NCBI GenBank assembly: GCA_031414775.1
Contig: JANOQI010000054.1
Coordinates: 51,855 to 115,854 of the forward strand
Source: Synechococcales cyanobacterium VAR_4_metabat_354
Lineage (GTDB): Bacteria > Cyanobacteriota > Cyanobacteriia > Cyanobacteriales > Chamaesiphonaceae
Direction of reading: 5' to 3'
DNA: 64,000 bases
The notes beneath the pieces are model-generated. The model made no database searches. It saw nothing but the letters and a program-made list of their open reading frames with translations, and was not told the origin of the DNA. The position numbers and the translations under genes are program-made. Positions 1 through 9,674 of the stretch are shown one piece after another. Within the stretch, counting starts at the first letter, position 1. Each line of letters starts with the position of its first letter.

Positions 1-1442
1 AGGTGTGTAGCCAGGAACCTTATAGCTTTTTATTGGAGTCGGTGGATGGCGGCGAACAGGTGGGTCGCTACAGCTTTTTAGGCTGCAACCCTTTGTGGGT
101 AATGGAATCTCGGGGTGATAAATCTATTCAAACACACCGCGATGGTTCTAAGCAGGAATTCACTGGCAATCCTTTTACCATTTTGGCTAGTTGCTTGACA
201 GAATATCAGCCAGTGAAGCTAACTGAACTACCTAGTGGTATTGGTGGTTTGTTTGGGTTCTGGGGCTATGAATTAATTAAATGGATTGAACCACGGGTAC
301 CTGTACATCCAGCTGAGCTGGATGGTTTGCCAGATGGCTGCTGGATGCAGGTTGATCATTTAATGATTTTTGACCAGGTGAAGCGCAAAATTTTTGCTGT
401 TGCTTATGCTGACCTCAATGCGGCACAGGGAGATCTGCAACTAGCTTACCAACGGGCGATCGATCGAGTGCAATCTCTCTTAGATAAGCTGCAAAAAACT
501 ACTACTCCCAAGTTTTTGGCGTGGACTCCGCCGACGTCGCTCCAGAAGCTTTCGGCGACTGAGTTGCCAGCTAATTATCGCAGTAATACTACCAAAGAAA
601 AATACTGTGCCAGTGTCGAAAAAGCCCAGGAGTACATCAAAGCTGGGGATATTTTTCAGGTAGTAATTTCCCAACGGCTCAGCACCGATTATGTGGGCGA
701 GCCCTTCGATCTCTATCGATCGCTGCGCCTGGTTAATCCTTCGCCTTACATGGCTTACTTCAATTTTGGCGACTGGCAGATTATTGGTTCTAGCCCCGAA
801 GTAATGGTCAAGGCTGAGCAGCATCTAGGACATATGCAAGCGACGCTGCGCCCGATCGCGGGTACCAGACCGCGCGGCGCGACTCCGGCTCTGGATGAAG
901 CACTGGCTGCCGAGCTGTTGGCAGACCCCAAAGAAAGAGCAGAACACATTATGCTGGTGGATATGGGGCGTAATGATTTGGGGCGGGTGTGTCAAAGCGG
1001 CACGGTGGTTGTTGATGAGTTGATGTCGATCGAACGTTACTCGCATGTGATGCACATTGTCAGCAATGTGGTGGGCGAGTTAGCTGCTGACCAAACCGCC
1101 TGGGATTTAATGCAGGCTTGCTTCCCGGCTGGTACCGTGAGTGGTGCCCCCAAAATCCGGGCGCTAGAAATCATCTATGAGTTGGAAGGCTGTCGGCGCG
1201 ATCCTTATGCTGGGGTTTATGGTTATTATGACTTTGAAGGTCAACTCAATACTGCGATTACCTTACGCACAATGGTGGTAAGACCTCAAGGCCATTCCCT
1301 AGGGGATAGCTCCACTGCTCACCATAAAGTTTTTGTGCAAGCTGGTGCTGGCTTGGTGGCAGATTCTAATCCCGAAAAAGAGTATGAAGAAACGCTGAAC
1401 AAGGCGCGGGGTCTGTTGGAAGCAATTCGCTGTTTAGAGTAG
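1..1442 (+). CDS. trpE: Anthranilate synthase component I, 5'-truncated by the window edge
   Basis: Motifs FLLES, GDIFQVV.SQR, NPSPYM, RPIAGTRPRG, KERAEH.MLVD.GRND, FPAGTVSGAPK. Confidence 0.95.
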   Translation, partial: VCSQEPYSFLLESVDGGEQVGRYSFLGCNPLWVMESRGDKSIQTHRDGSKQEFTGNPFTILASCLTEYQPVKLTELPSGIGGLFGFWGYELIKWIEPRVPVHPAELDGLPDGCWMQVDHLMIFDQVKRKIFAVAYADLNAAQGDLQLAYQRAIDRVQSLLDKLQKTTTPKFLAWTPPTSLQKLSATELPANYRSNTTKEKYCASVEKAQEYIKAGDIFQVVISQRLSTDYVGEPFDLYRSLRLVNPSPYMAYFNFGDWQIIGSSPEVMVKAEQHLGHMQATLRPIAGTRPRGATPALDEALAAELLADPKERAEHIMLVDMGRNDLGRVCQSGTVVVDELMSIERYSHVMHIVSNVVGELAADQTAWDLMQACFPAGTVSGAPKIRALEIIYELEGCRRDPYAGVYGYYDFEGQLNTAITLRTMVVRPQGHSLGDSSTAHHKVFVQAGAGLVADSNPEKEYEETLNKARGLLEAIRCLE

Positions 1443-1456
1443 ATAACGGACGAGGT

Positions 1457-2362
1457 ATGAAAAATCGTAATCAGGCGCAGCGAGGTCGTTTTCGACGACA
1501 ACAATTAGTCCAAATCCAGAGCCGTGATGGGAAGTTTCATATTCCCAATATGGGTGCTTGGTATACCTATTGGCGCGATCCTTATCATTTGTTTTTGACG
1601 ATTCCGTGGGCGGGCTTTGCTGGCATTGTGACGGTGGCATATCTAGGGATCAATGCTCTCTTTGCCCTGGCTTATTTGGCTGGTGGGAACTGCTTAGAGG
1701 GGGCGAGAGCGGGTAGTTTTGCGGATGCTTTCTTTTTTAGCGTGCAAACTCTGGGATCGATCGGCTATGGTGCCATGCATCCAATTACTTTTTATGCCAA
1801 TTGCGTGGTGACGGCGGAAGCAATTATCAGTTTATTGCTAATTGCTGTTGTTACGGGGCTGGCTTTTGCCCGCTTTTCTCGCCCTCAGGCCAAAGTAATT
1901 TTTAGCAATGAAGCGGTGATCACTAAATATAATGGGGTGCCAACTTTGATGTTTCGGATTGCCAACGAGCGGCAAAATATGATTATTGAAGCTCAGCTCC
2001 AAGTCTATTTGTTGGTGGATGAGACCACTCAAGAAGGCCATTTTATGCGTCGTTTTCACGAACTGAAGATGATGCGTAATCGCACCCCTGCTCTTAGTCT
2101 CACTTGGACACCGCTGCATTCGATCGATCAAGATAGTCCGCTGTTCGGTCATACTCCTGAGTCTTTAGCCCAGCTGAATGCCCAAATTCAGGCTTCAATT
2201 ACCGGTATCGATGAGGCTGTTTCTTACAATATTAGTGCTCGTCATAACTATGCCAGTCATGAAATTCTTTATCACCACCGCTTTGTCGATATTGTAGTGC
2301 CTCAAGCTAATGGCGATCGACATATCGACTATCGGCATTTTCATACCGTGGTGCCCAGCTAA
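1457..2362 (+). CDS. Inward-rectifier potassium channel (KirBac-like)
   Basis: FFFSVQTLGSIGYG pore motif, two TM helices, ARFSRP, GVPTLMFR.AN.R cytoplasmic domain; GAGG RBS upstream. Confidence 0.9.
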   Translation: MKNRNQAQRGRFRRQQLVQIQSRDGKFHIPNMGAWYTYWRDPYHLFLTIPWAGFAGIVTVAYLGINALFALAYLAGGNCLEGARAGSFADAFFFSVQTLGSIGYGAMHPITFYANCVVTAEAIISLLLIAVVTGLAFARFSRPQAKVIFSNEAVITKYNGVPTLMFRIANERQNMIIEAQLQVYLLVDETTQEGHFMRRFHELKMMRNRTPALSLTWTPLHSIDQDSPLFGHTPESLAQLNAQIQASITGIDEAVSYNISARHNYASHEILYHHRFVDIVVPQANGDRHIDYRHFHTVVPS

Positions 2363-3633
2363 CTGCCCATAATTTGTTTGAGCACTGAGGAATCTACTTT
2401 ACCAAAATGGATACTGCTAGCTGCTTGCCAATTTTCAAAGAATTTAATCAGCCATGGTACCTGATCGCGATTGGTTTGGTAGTAGTGATTAAAGAGAATA
2501 GATAAGCGGTGATTGAGAGAAGTTTGGGCTTTGGGGCAAATAAAAATAATCTTGAGCAGCAACCCCACTGTAGCTGCCGAGCCAAAATTGGATACCAGAT
2601 CGATGAGCACCACATGGTTTGGTCGTTCTGCGCTATCGATTACTAAGAAATTCAATAGTTGGGTGTAAGTACGTACCTGAGATAACTCATCTAAGGGTTT
2701 AGGATGATTTTCTGGTAGAATATCGCGCAGGTGATGTTTGAGGCGAGTTTTAAAGCTTTGCTGAGCATAGACTGAGGTGTTGAAATCTTTGCTGAGATAG
2801 ATATATAGGTTTTCTTTAAACTCGCCAAAAGTCATCGGTTGTTGCATGAGCACCAAAAAGGCACAAGCGCTATCCCAATAGCTATCCCCATCTTTGGGTT
2901 GACTCACAAAAGACTGTAAGGAAATACCAAAGTCCCGACTTTTCAGCATCGTGGGATTAGCTACTGGCACGATCGTTTTTTGGGGATCGGGGTGCTGTTT
3001 TAGCCGAGCTTTCCGAATTTGATAGGTAAGGTACTGAGAGAATCTAAATTCATAATCGCGCTGTGACCGTCTCTTGATTCTTTGGACTACTTCTAAATAA
3101 TTTTTCGGCACATCTTCAGACAGCAAATTAGACTCATAAAGAAATGGGTAGCGGTCTATTAAGGTGCCTAGGATCGGATTGGCATTCAGATCAGTCGATC
3201 GTCGTGTCACAATGTTCTGGAGTTTGCGTAGCCGCTGAAAATACTCACTTTGGGCGTAGAGTTTCCACAGATAATTTAAGCGCCGGGGCAATTTGGCGTA
3301 GATTTGTTCTTTGCCATTTTCTACTTTGAGAATGATGTCGATGAGCTGGCTCACAAATGATGTGTGGCCAGTAGTCAGCCAGTGGGTAATCAGCTGGTAG
3401 CAACATCGATCGATAATTTTTAAAAATTCGCGCTCGGCACTTCGCTCTTTACTCAAGGCTAACTCTTCTACGGCCACACCAACCAGCAGATCAGGATTTC
3501 CAGAACCTTCAATGAAAAGATTTTGAAACAACTCCAACGTTTTGTCAGTGGTGTTTTCTCGCAAACTAGATTCTAGCCAACTATCAATAGATGTTGCGGT
3601 GCGCGAATTGGATTGCCAGCTAGACGTAACCAT
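2359..3633 (-). CDS. Hypothetical soluble protein (~424 aa); ATG at 3633 preferred over the longer ORF start at 3714
   Basis: Long ORF with protein-like composition; no motif recognised. Confidence 0.65.
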   Translation of the reverse strand: MVTSSWQSNSRTATSIDSWLESSLRENTTDKTLELFQNLFIEGSGNPDLLVGVAVEELALSKERSAEREFLKIIDRCCYQLITHWLTTGHTSFVSQLIDIILKVENGKEQIYAKLPRRLNYLWKLYAQSEYFQRLRKLQNIVTRRSTDLNANPILGTLIDRYPFLYESNLLSEDVPKNYLEVVQRIKRRSQRDYEFRFSQYLTYQIRKARLKQHPDPQKTIVPVANPTMLKSRDFGISLQSFVSQPKDGDSYWDSACAFLVLMQQPMTFGEFKENLYIYLSKDFNTSVYAQQSFKTRLKHHLRDILPENHPKPLDELSQVRTYTQLLNFLVIDSAERPNHVVLIDLVSNFGSAATVGLLLKIIFICPKAQTSLNHRLSILFNHYYQTNRDQVPWLIKFFENWQAASSIHFGKVDSSVLKQIMGS

Positions 3634-3823
3634 GGAGGAGTCCCTAAAAAGTATGTATAGGCCGTTGTAAAACGATGTATTTCTACATCCACATCCGATC
3701 TCTAATATGCCCAAGGGGTTAAAAAACTATCAATTTCTTTAGATCTTTCAGACATTTATCAGTTTCCGAAGCACTCGATCGATGATAATTTAACCTGATG
3801 AAGCAAGCGCAAACGAGCAGATC

Positions 3824-4594
3824 ATGGCGGCACCACAATTAAACACAATCCAACTCGGTAGCAGTGGCCATCCGCTGCTGATGCTACATGGTTGGGGACA
3901 AAATCTTCGCTCCCTGCAACCGATGGGGGAGCTACTGGCTGATATGGCTCAGATTCACATTCTGGATTTGCCGGGATTTGGCAAGTCGGAGCCGCCCTCA
4001 GAAGATTGGAATACTACTCAATATGCCGATCGGGTGGTGGCTTATATGGATGAGCATGGCATCGCCAGAACTGACTTGTTAGGTCATTCCTTTGGGGGGC
4101 GGGTATCGATGCGATTGGCACATAAATATCCCGATCGAGTGCGATCAATCATTATGATTAATTCCGGTGGTCTCCAGAGCAAAAAAACTTGGCAAAAGTC
4201 ATTGCGTAGTCAATGGATTAAGACCATGCGCGGGGCTTTTAAGGTTTCGCCAATCAACAAGCAAGCTTTGCTAGACTGGCACAGTCAAAAATATGGCTCG
4301 CGAGATTATCTCAATGCTGGCCAACTGCGAGGCACTTTGGTAAAAACAGTCCGAGAAGACGTGACAGACATCGTGCCGCAGATTAAAGCACCCGTGTTGC
4401 TGTTGTGGGGCGAAGCCGACACCGAAACGCCGGTAGAGATGGCGCATCGCTATCATCGACTGTTTCCCAATTCGCAGCTAATTACGGTGCCCCGACGGGA
4501 TCACTTTATCTATCAAAACGAGGGAGCACACCTTTGTGCTTACTATGTACAGCAGTTTCTGACTGCTCAAAATGCTGTTCTCACCGCTGTTTAA
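3824..4594 (+). CDS. Alpha/beta-fold hydrolase
   Basis: HGWG oxyanion motif, DLPGFG, GHSFGG nucleophile elbow, WGEAD acid, C-terminal His. Confidence 0.9.
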   Translation: MAAPQLNTIQLGSSGHPLLMLHGWGQNLRSLQPMGELLADMAQIHILDLPGFGKSEPPSEDWNTTQYADRVVAYMDEHGIARTDLLGHSFGGRVSMRLAHKYPDRVRSIIMINSGGLQSKKTWQKSLRSQWIKTMRGAFKVSPINKQALLDWHSQKYGSRDYLNAGQLRGTLVKTVREDVTDIVPQIKAPVLLLWGEADTETPVEMAHRYHRLFPNSQLITVPRRDHFIYQNEGAHLCAYYVQQFLTAQNAVLTAV

Positions 4595-4613
4595 CTAAAT
4601 ACTTGCTGCTCCC

Positions 4614-6248
4614 ATGTCTTTTCCCTTTCTAATTTTGGCGATTATTGCCAGTAGCGTCGTCCTCTTTTACGTGCGCCGATCGCTACGTTACCTTCAGTTT
4701 TTTCAGCAGGAAGAATATAACTCCAGTCGCTTCATTAACTGGTGGCTAGAAAAACGGGCTTTTGATACCCGTGGTTCATTGGTGGCAATAATTACGGGCG
4801 GTATCAGTCTGGCGCTGGCGGCTTATGCCTGGGGAACAGTAGGCGTGAGCTTATTGGGAGGTATTTTATTAATTGCAGCGTCTTGGACGGAAGATGACCC
4901 ACGCAAAGTCGGGAAAATTAAGCTGAATATGACCGATCGATTAACTGCTATTTATCAGCTATCGATCGTCCTCTACAGCGTCGTAGTAATCGGGATTCTG
5001 GCCTTAATTGTGGGCTTTGGTTTTGGCGCTGCGCCGATTCTGTGGCTGGTTACGCTGACGCTAATTCAAAGCACGCCACTCTGGATTATGTTGGCCAATG
5101 CCATCCTCTGGCCAGCAGAAGAGAAAAAACAACAGGCTTTTTTGAGTGAGGCCAAGGAAATCTTGGCCGACTACGATCCTTATGTGATCGGGATTACCGG
5201 CAGTTATGGTAAGACCAGTACCAAGGCAATTTTGGGCAGTTTGTTGGAAGCGATCGAACCCACTTTCTGGACTCCTGGTAGCATCAACACCGAAATGGGG
5301 ATTACCCGCCAAATTCGAGAAAATCTCAAACGCCAGCAGCGTCTCGCCATTATTGAAATGGGCGCTTATCAGATGGGATCGATTTCCAAGCTTTGTCGGC
5401 TAACCCCGCCGGATGCTGGTTTGGTGACCGCCGTCGGCGTGATGCACTTAGAAAGATTTGGCGGTGCCGAGAATATCTATAAAGCTAAGTGTGAATTACC
5501 TCAAGCCTTACCCGCCGAAGGTTTGTTGGTGTGCAATGGCGATAACCCTGGCGCTAGGCAAATGGCTACCGATTATCCGAAAGCGCGGACGCTTTTGTAC
5601 GGTTTAGAGCCAGAAAAAGGACATCTAGATTGCTGGATGTCGGAGATTGCGGCGACGATGCAGGGCACGACCTTTAATCTACATTGGCAAGATCAAGTCT
5701 ATCCAGGGTTTACCAAGTTGTTGGGCGTGCCGATGCTCTCCAACTTAGTGGGAGCCTTTGCGATGGCCTGCGCTTTGGGGAAAAGCCCCGAGTATGTGAT
5801 GGCCGCCATTCGCAGTATTGAACCAGCCAATAATCGCCTAAATTTGCGGAAAAACGGTGATGGCTTTATTTTGGATGATTCTTACAATTCCAATCCGATC
5901 GGCTTTGTCTCGGCACTGGAAGTTCTCGGGACTTTAGCCGGGGGTCGCAAGATTTTGATGACTCCAGGGATGGTGGAATTGGGCGAAATTCAGGCTGCGG
6001 AAAATCGTCAAGCTGCTTTAAAGGCCGCTGAAATCTGCGACTTAGTAATTCTAGTCGGCGACACTAACCGCGCTGCGCTGCGTTCCGGTTTGAAAGATGG
6101 TGGTTTACCGGCAGCGCAAATCTTAGAATTCGACAACCGCGATTTAGCACTGGCGCATCTGATGGATGCTAAGTTCAAGCAGCCCGGCGATTTGATTTTG
6201 ATTGAGAATGACCTGCCCGACCTCTACGAAGCTGAAGCCAAATTTTAA
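4614..6248 (+). CDS. murF: MurF-family Mur ligase with an N-terminal multi-TM domain
   Basis: GITGSYGKTSTK P-loop, EMGA, H.E.FG, DDSYNSNP; first ~165 aa strongly hydrophobic. Confidence 0.8.
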   Translation: MSFPFLILAIIASSVVLFYVRRSLRYLQFFQQEEYNSSRFINWWLEKRAFDTRGSLVAIITGGISLALAAYAWGTVGVSLLGGILLIAASWTEDDPRKVGKIKLNMTDRLTAIYQLSIVLYSVVVIGILALIVGFGFGAAPILWLVTLTLIQSTPLWIMLANAILWPAEEKKQQAFLSEAKEILADYDPYVIGITGSYGKTSTKAILGSLLEAIEPTFWTPGSINTEMGITRQIRENLKRQQRLAIIEMGAYQMGSISKLCRLTPPDAGLVTAVGVMHLERFGGAENIYKAKCELPQALPAEGLLVCNGDNPGARQMATDYPKARTLLYGLEPEKGHLDCWMSEIAATMQGTTFNLHWQDQVYPGFTKLLGVPMLSNLVGAFAMACALGKSPEYVMAAIRSIEPANNRLNLRKNGDGFILDDSYNSNPIGFVSALEVLGTLAGGRKILMTPGMVELGEIQAAENRQAALKAAEICDLVILVGDTNRAALRSGLKDGGLPAAQILEFDNRDLALAHLMDAKFKQPGDLILIENDLPDLYEAEAKF

Positions 6249-6263
6249 TCTGTAACTAAAATT

Positions 6264-7472
6264 ATGAGTAAGAAAAAAAATATTGCAGTTTTATTTGGTG
6301 GTCGATCAGTCGAACACGAAATCTCGGTAATTACGGCTTTGCAGCTGATCAACGTGCTAGATGTCACCCAATACAATCCAGTGCCGGTCTATATTGCCCA
6401 ATCTGGTCGTTGGTATGTGGGAGATCGGCTCCTAGAAAAATCGTTTTATCGGGGCTTACCTGGCGCGGTGCGAGAAGTTCAAGAAGTAGCACTGATTCCG
6501 ATCGCTGGCAGTAAGGGCTTAACGGTAATTAATCCCAAGCGTGGTTTGTTTGGTTTTGGTCAGGTCGCTGCCGAAATAGTACCGATCGATGTCTACTTTT
6601 TGGCTTTCCATGGGACCTTCGGCGAAGATGGCTGTATTCAAGGAATGCTGGAGATGGCCGATGCCACCTACACGGGCTGTACGGTGTTGCCAGCAGCTTT
6701 GGGCATGAACAAGTACAAGTGTAAAAAGGTACTAGCCGCCGTAGGCATTCCAGTGTTACCAGCCGGGTTGGTTGATCGATCGATCGCTCAAAAAAGTCTA
6801 GCGCAAGTGCGGGAACAGATTTTTGCCACGCCCGGTTTAGAGCAACTACCGCTATTTGTGAAGCCTTGTAATTTGGGTTCCAGTATTGGGATTGGGGTGG
6901 CCACCGACGAAGCTTCTTTGAATGGTTGTTTGGTAAATACTTTTCGGTATGATTCGCAAGCGATCGTGGAACCCTGCGTGAAGGACATTATTGAAATTAA
7001 TGTATCGGTGGTGGGCGATGAAGATGGGGTGACGGCTTCGGTAGTAGAAATGCCGGTGTCTTTGAGTGGGGTTTTGACCTATGAAGAGAAGTATCTCCGC
7101 GATGATGGCGCGAAGAAAAATAGTGATAGCGATGCTCAGGGGATGGCGAATCTAGCGCGGATTATTGACCCACCGGATCTTGATCCGGCGCTGAAGCAAG
7201 CGGGGATTGACTATGCCAAAAAGGCTTTTCAAACGTTGGGCTGTAGTGGTGTTTCCCGGATTGATTTTATTATTGATAGCAATACCGATCAGCTGTATTT
7301 CAATGAAATCAATACATTACCAGGATCGTTGTCTTTCTATTTGTGGATGAAGTCACAACCAAAGGTGGTGTATACGGAGTTGCTGAATAGGATTATTCAG
7401 CAGGCGGAGAAGCGGCAGGGAACGAAGTTGTCGTTGAAGCGGCAGGAGGGAATGCGGGCTTTGTTCAAGTAG
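6264..7472 (+). CDS. ddl: D-alanine--D-alanine ligase family ATP-grasp enzyme
   Basis: FGGRS.EHEIS, HG.FGEDG, KP.NLGSSIG, YEEKY omega loop, EINTLPG. Confidence 0.9.
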   Translation: MSKKKNIAVLFGGRSVEHEISVITALQLINVLDVTQYNPVPVYIAQSGRWYVGDRLLEKSFYRGLPGAVREVQEVALIPIAGSKGLTVINPKRGLFGFGQVAAEIVPIDVYFLAFHGTFGEDGCIQGMLEMADATYTGCTVLPAALGMNKYKCKKVLAAVGIPVLPAGLVDRSIAQKSLAQVREQIFATPGLEQLPLFVKPCNLGSSIGIGVATDEASLNGCLVNTFRYDSQAIVEPCVKDIIEINVSVVGDEDGVTASVVEMPVSLSGVLTYEEKYLRDDGAKKNSDSDAQGMANLARIIDPPDLDPALKQAGIDYAKKAFQTLGCSGVSRIDFIIDSNTDQLYFNEINTLPGSLSFYLWMKSQPKVVYTELLNRIIQQAEKRQGTKLSLKRQEGMRALFK

Positions 7473-7562
7473 TTTACATCACGTTTCAGCCAATTTACCC
7501 TAATTTGTAAAGTGATCAAGCCGTATGCAATCCAGCGTCACCCCAACAGAATTCAGCAATAT

Positions 7563-9230
7563 TTAAACTCCAGTCAAAAACCTCGTATAACTAGCGACCA
7601 CCGCCATCATTGTCGGGAAGAATTGTTTAGCTCCCACCTGTTCGACAAAACCAGCGCGTTGTAACTCGGCAAAAATTCGGGGTTTCACGGCCACGAAACC
7701 AAGCACCATTCCTTGCTGAGCTAGTTCATCATGTAAATCTACTAACATCTCGATCGCAGTGATATCTATTGCTCCGATCGCTTCCGCATTTAAGATCAAC
7801 CACCTCACGGGTGAATGTGCTTGTTCCAGAGCAGCGCGCACCCGACTGTTAAAATTGTCAGCATTACCAAAAAACAGCGGCGCATCGTAACGATAAACTA
7901 CCAACCCTGGCATCTTTATAATCGGAGAGTTGCTGCCAACATATTCCCCGGCTGGCCTATCTAGCGATTTTTCCCAGACCGCATCCGTCGGGTTAGCCAT
8001 CCGGAGCAAAAACTCCAGTAGCGATAGCAGCATTGCTACCAATACACCAGTCGTAATACTAGTAAAGAGCACGCCCACACTAGTCACCAGTGCCAACATA
8101 AATTCACTGAGCCGAAAGCGGTAGAGCCGCACAAATTCGGGAATTTCAATCAGGCGGCTGGCCGCATAGATGACGATCGATCCTAAAGCAGCTTTCGGAA
8201 ACAAGGCTAAGACTGGCCGCAGGAAAAGCAGCACCAGAATCACTACCACCAAGGCCACCACTGAAAACAATTGGGTCTTACTGCCTAGTGATTCACCCAG
8301 CGCTGTCCGACTACCACTACTGCTAATCGGAAAGCCCTGCATCAAGCCATTGCCCAGGTTACAGCAACCGAGAGCCAGTAATTCTTGATTGGCATCAATT
8401 TGATAGCCATTCCGACTGGCAAAAGCGCGAGCAGTCAGGACATTATCGGCATATCCGACCAGTGCAATACCCAATGCGGCAATGGTGAGAGCTTGAATGT
8501 TGTCGAGCGATACCGGCGGCAAGGCTAAACTGGGCAGCCCCGCCGGGATATCCCCAATAATCTGGATACCAGCCTGATCGAGGTGCCCAGCAGCCACGGC
8601 ACTGGTTGCTAGTAACACCGCCAAGAGAGGAGCCGGTGCTTGGGGAGCAAGCCGCTGTAAGCTATACATCAGAAATAATACCGCCAAGGCTAGGGTCAAG
8701 GTGGGGAGATGAATCTGCTCCCACTTGCTCACCAATTCACTGATCGTGCCGCCGATCGAAGTAGCCGTCAGGGACAAGTTAGTAATGTTACTCAATTGCC
8801 CCACCATCATCAGTAGCGAGACCCCAGTCATATACCCAATTAAAATTGGTTTGGAGAGCAGATTAGCCAAATATCCCAAGCGTAGAATATAGCCCATCAA
8901 ACAAATGATTCCTACCATCAGGGCGAGCAATGATGCTAGACCAGCATAGTTATCACCGATAGCCAACGGTGCAATGGTTGCCGCCGTTAACAGGGCGGTA
9001 CCAGATTCTGGTCCTACCGATAGCTGGCGCGATGAACCCAGAAAAGTGTACAGAAACAGGGGCAGCAAAATTGCCCAGAGACCAGCTACCGGTTGCACCC
9101 CGGCTAATTCTCCATAGGCCATGCATTGCGGAATTAAGTAGGCTGCAACAGTGATGCCAGCTAGTAGGTCGCCCCGTAACCAAGTGGATTGGTAAAAGAA
9201 TAATGTTGGCAATCCAGGCAGTTTAGGCAA
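7563..9230 (-). CDS. SulP/SLC26 anion permease with STAS domain
   Basis: DLLAGITVA...PQ.MAY, GSSRQLSVGP, NQEL.ALG, C-terminal APLFFGNA and IDITA STAS motifs. Confidence 0.92.
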   Translation of the reverse strand: MPKLPGLPTLFFYQSTWLRGDLLAGITVAAYLIPQCMAYGELAGVQPVAGLWAILLPLFLYTFLGSSRQLSVGPESGTALLTAATIAPLAIGDNYAGLASLLALMVGIICLMGYILRLGYLANLLSKPILIGYMTGVSLLMMVGQLSNITNLSLTATSIGGTISELVSKWEQIHLPTLTLALAVLFLMYSLQRLAPQAPAPLLAVLLATSAVAAGHLDQAGIQIIGDIPAGLPSLALPPVSLDNIQALTIAALGIALVGYADNVLTARAFASRNGYQIDANQELLALGCCNLGNGLMQGFPISSSGSRTALGESLGSKTQLFSVVALVVVILVLLFLRPVLALFPKAALGSIVIYAASRLIEIPEFVRLYRFRLSEFMLALVTSVGVLFTSITTGVLVAMLLSLLEFLLRMANPTDAVWEKSLDRPAGEYVGSNSPIIKMPGLVVYRYDAPLFFGNADNFNSRVRAALEQAHSPVRWLILNAEAIGAIDITAIEMLVDLHDELAQQGMVLGFVAVKPRIFAELQRAGFVEQVGAKQFFPTMMAVVASYTRFLTGV

Positions 9231-9320
9231 GCGACATTCTCACGAAATAATCATACTAAATGTAATTCAAGGGCATCGGGTTGCGCAAAAACTCATAAAA
9301 TCTATTTTATCGATCGATAG

Positions 9321-9351
9321 CAAAACCCCGACCAAATCAGCCGGGGTTTTG
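9321..9351. terminator. Intrinsic terminator hairpin
   Basis: CAAAACCCCG-loop-CGGGGTTTTG downstream of the 9374 gene. Confidence 0.7.
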
Positions 9352-9373
9352 AGCAATTCAAAAATACTGAGAA

Positions 9374-9577
9374 TTAACAGCCTTGCCGAGAAGATAGCTT
9401 CTCGCACTGGGCTTGAGTTTCTTGCAATAATACTTGTAAGCTATCGCCGGACTGCATTAAGTCTGGTACTAAATTACGCGCTTGTAGAGCCATATGCAGT
9501 TGCAAATGCGCTACATAGTCACTAATCTCGGCACCGAGGGACGGCTCTAACTGAGGTGGAGTGTTGGGCGTTTCCAT
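9374..9577 (-). CDS. Small hypothetical protein (~67 aa)
   Basis: ORF METP...YVAHLQLHMALQARNL followed by a terminator; upstream ATG at 9619 is an alternative start. Confidence 0.65.
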   Translation of the reverse strand: METPNTPPQLEPSLGAEISDYVAHLQLHMALQARNLVPDLMQSGDSLQVLLQETQAQCEKLSSRQGC

Positions 9578-9674
9578 CTGTAATTGTGTGTTCGGTAAAC
9601 AAAAAGTATCACAATACATTCACTTACTGCCAGATCTTGCAAACAAACGTTTACAAACTCAAGTTACCCCGCAG

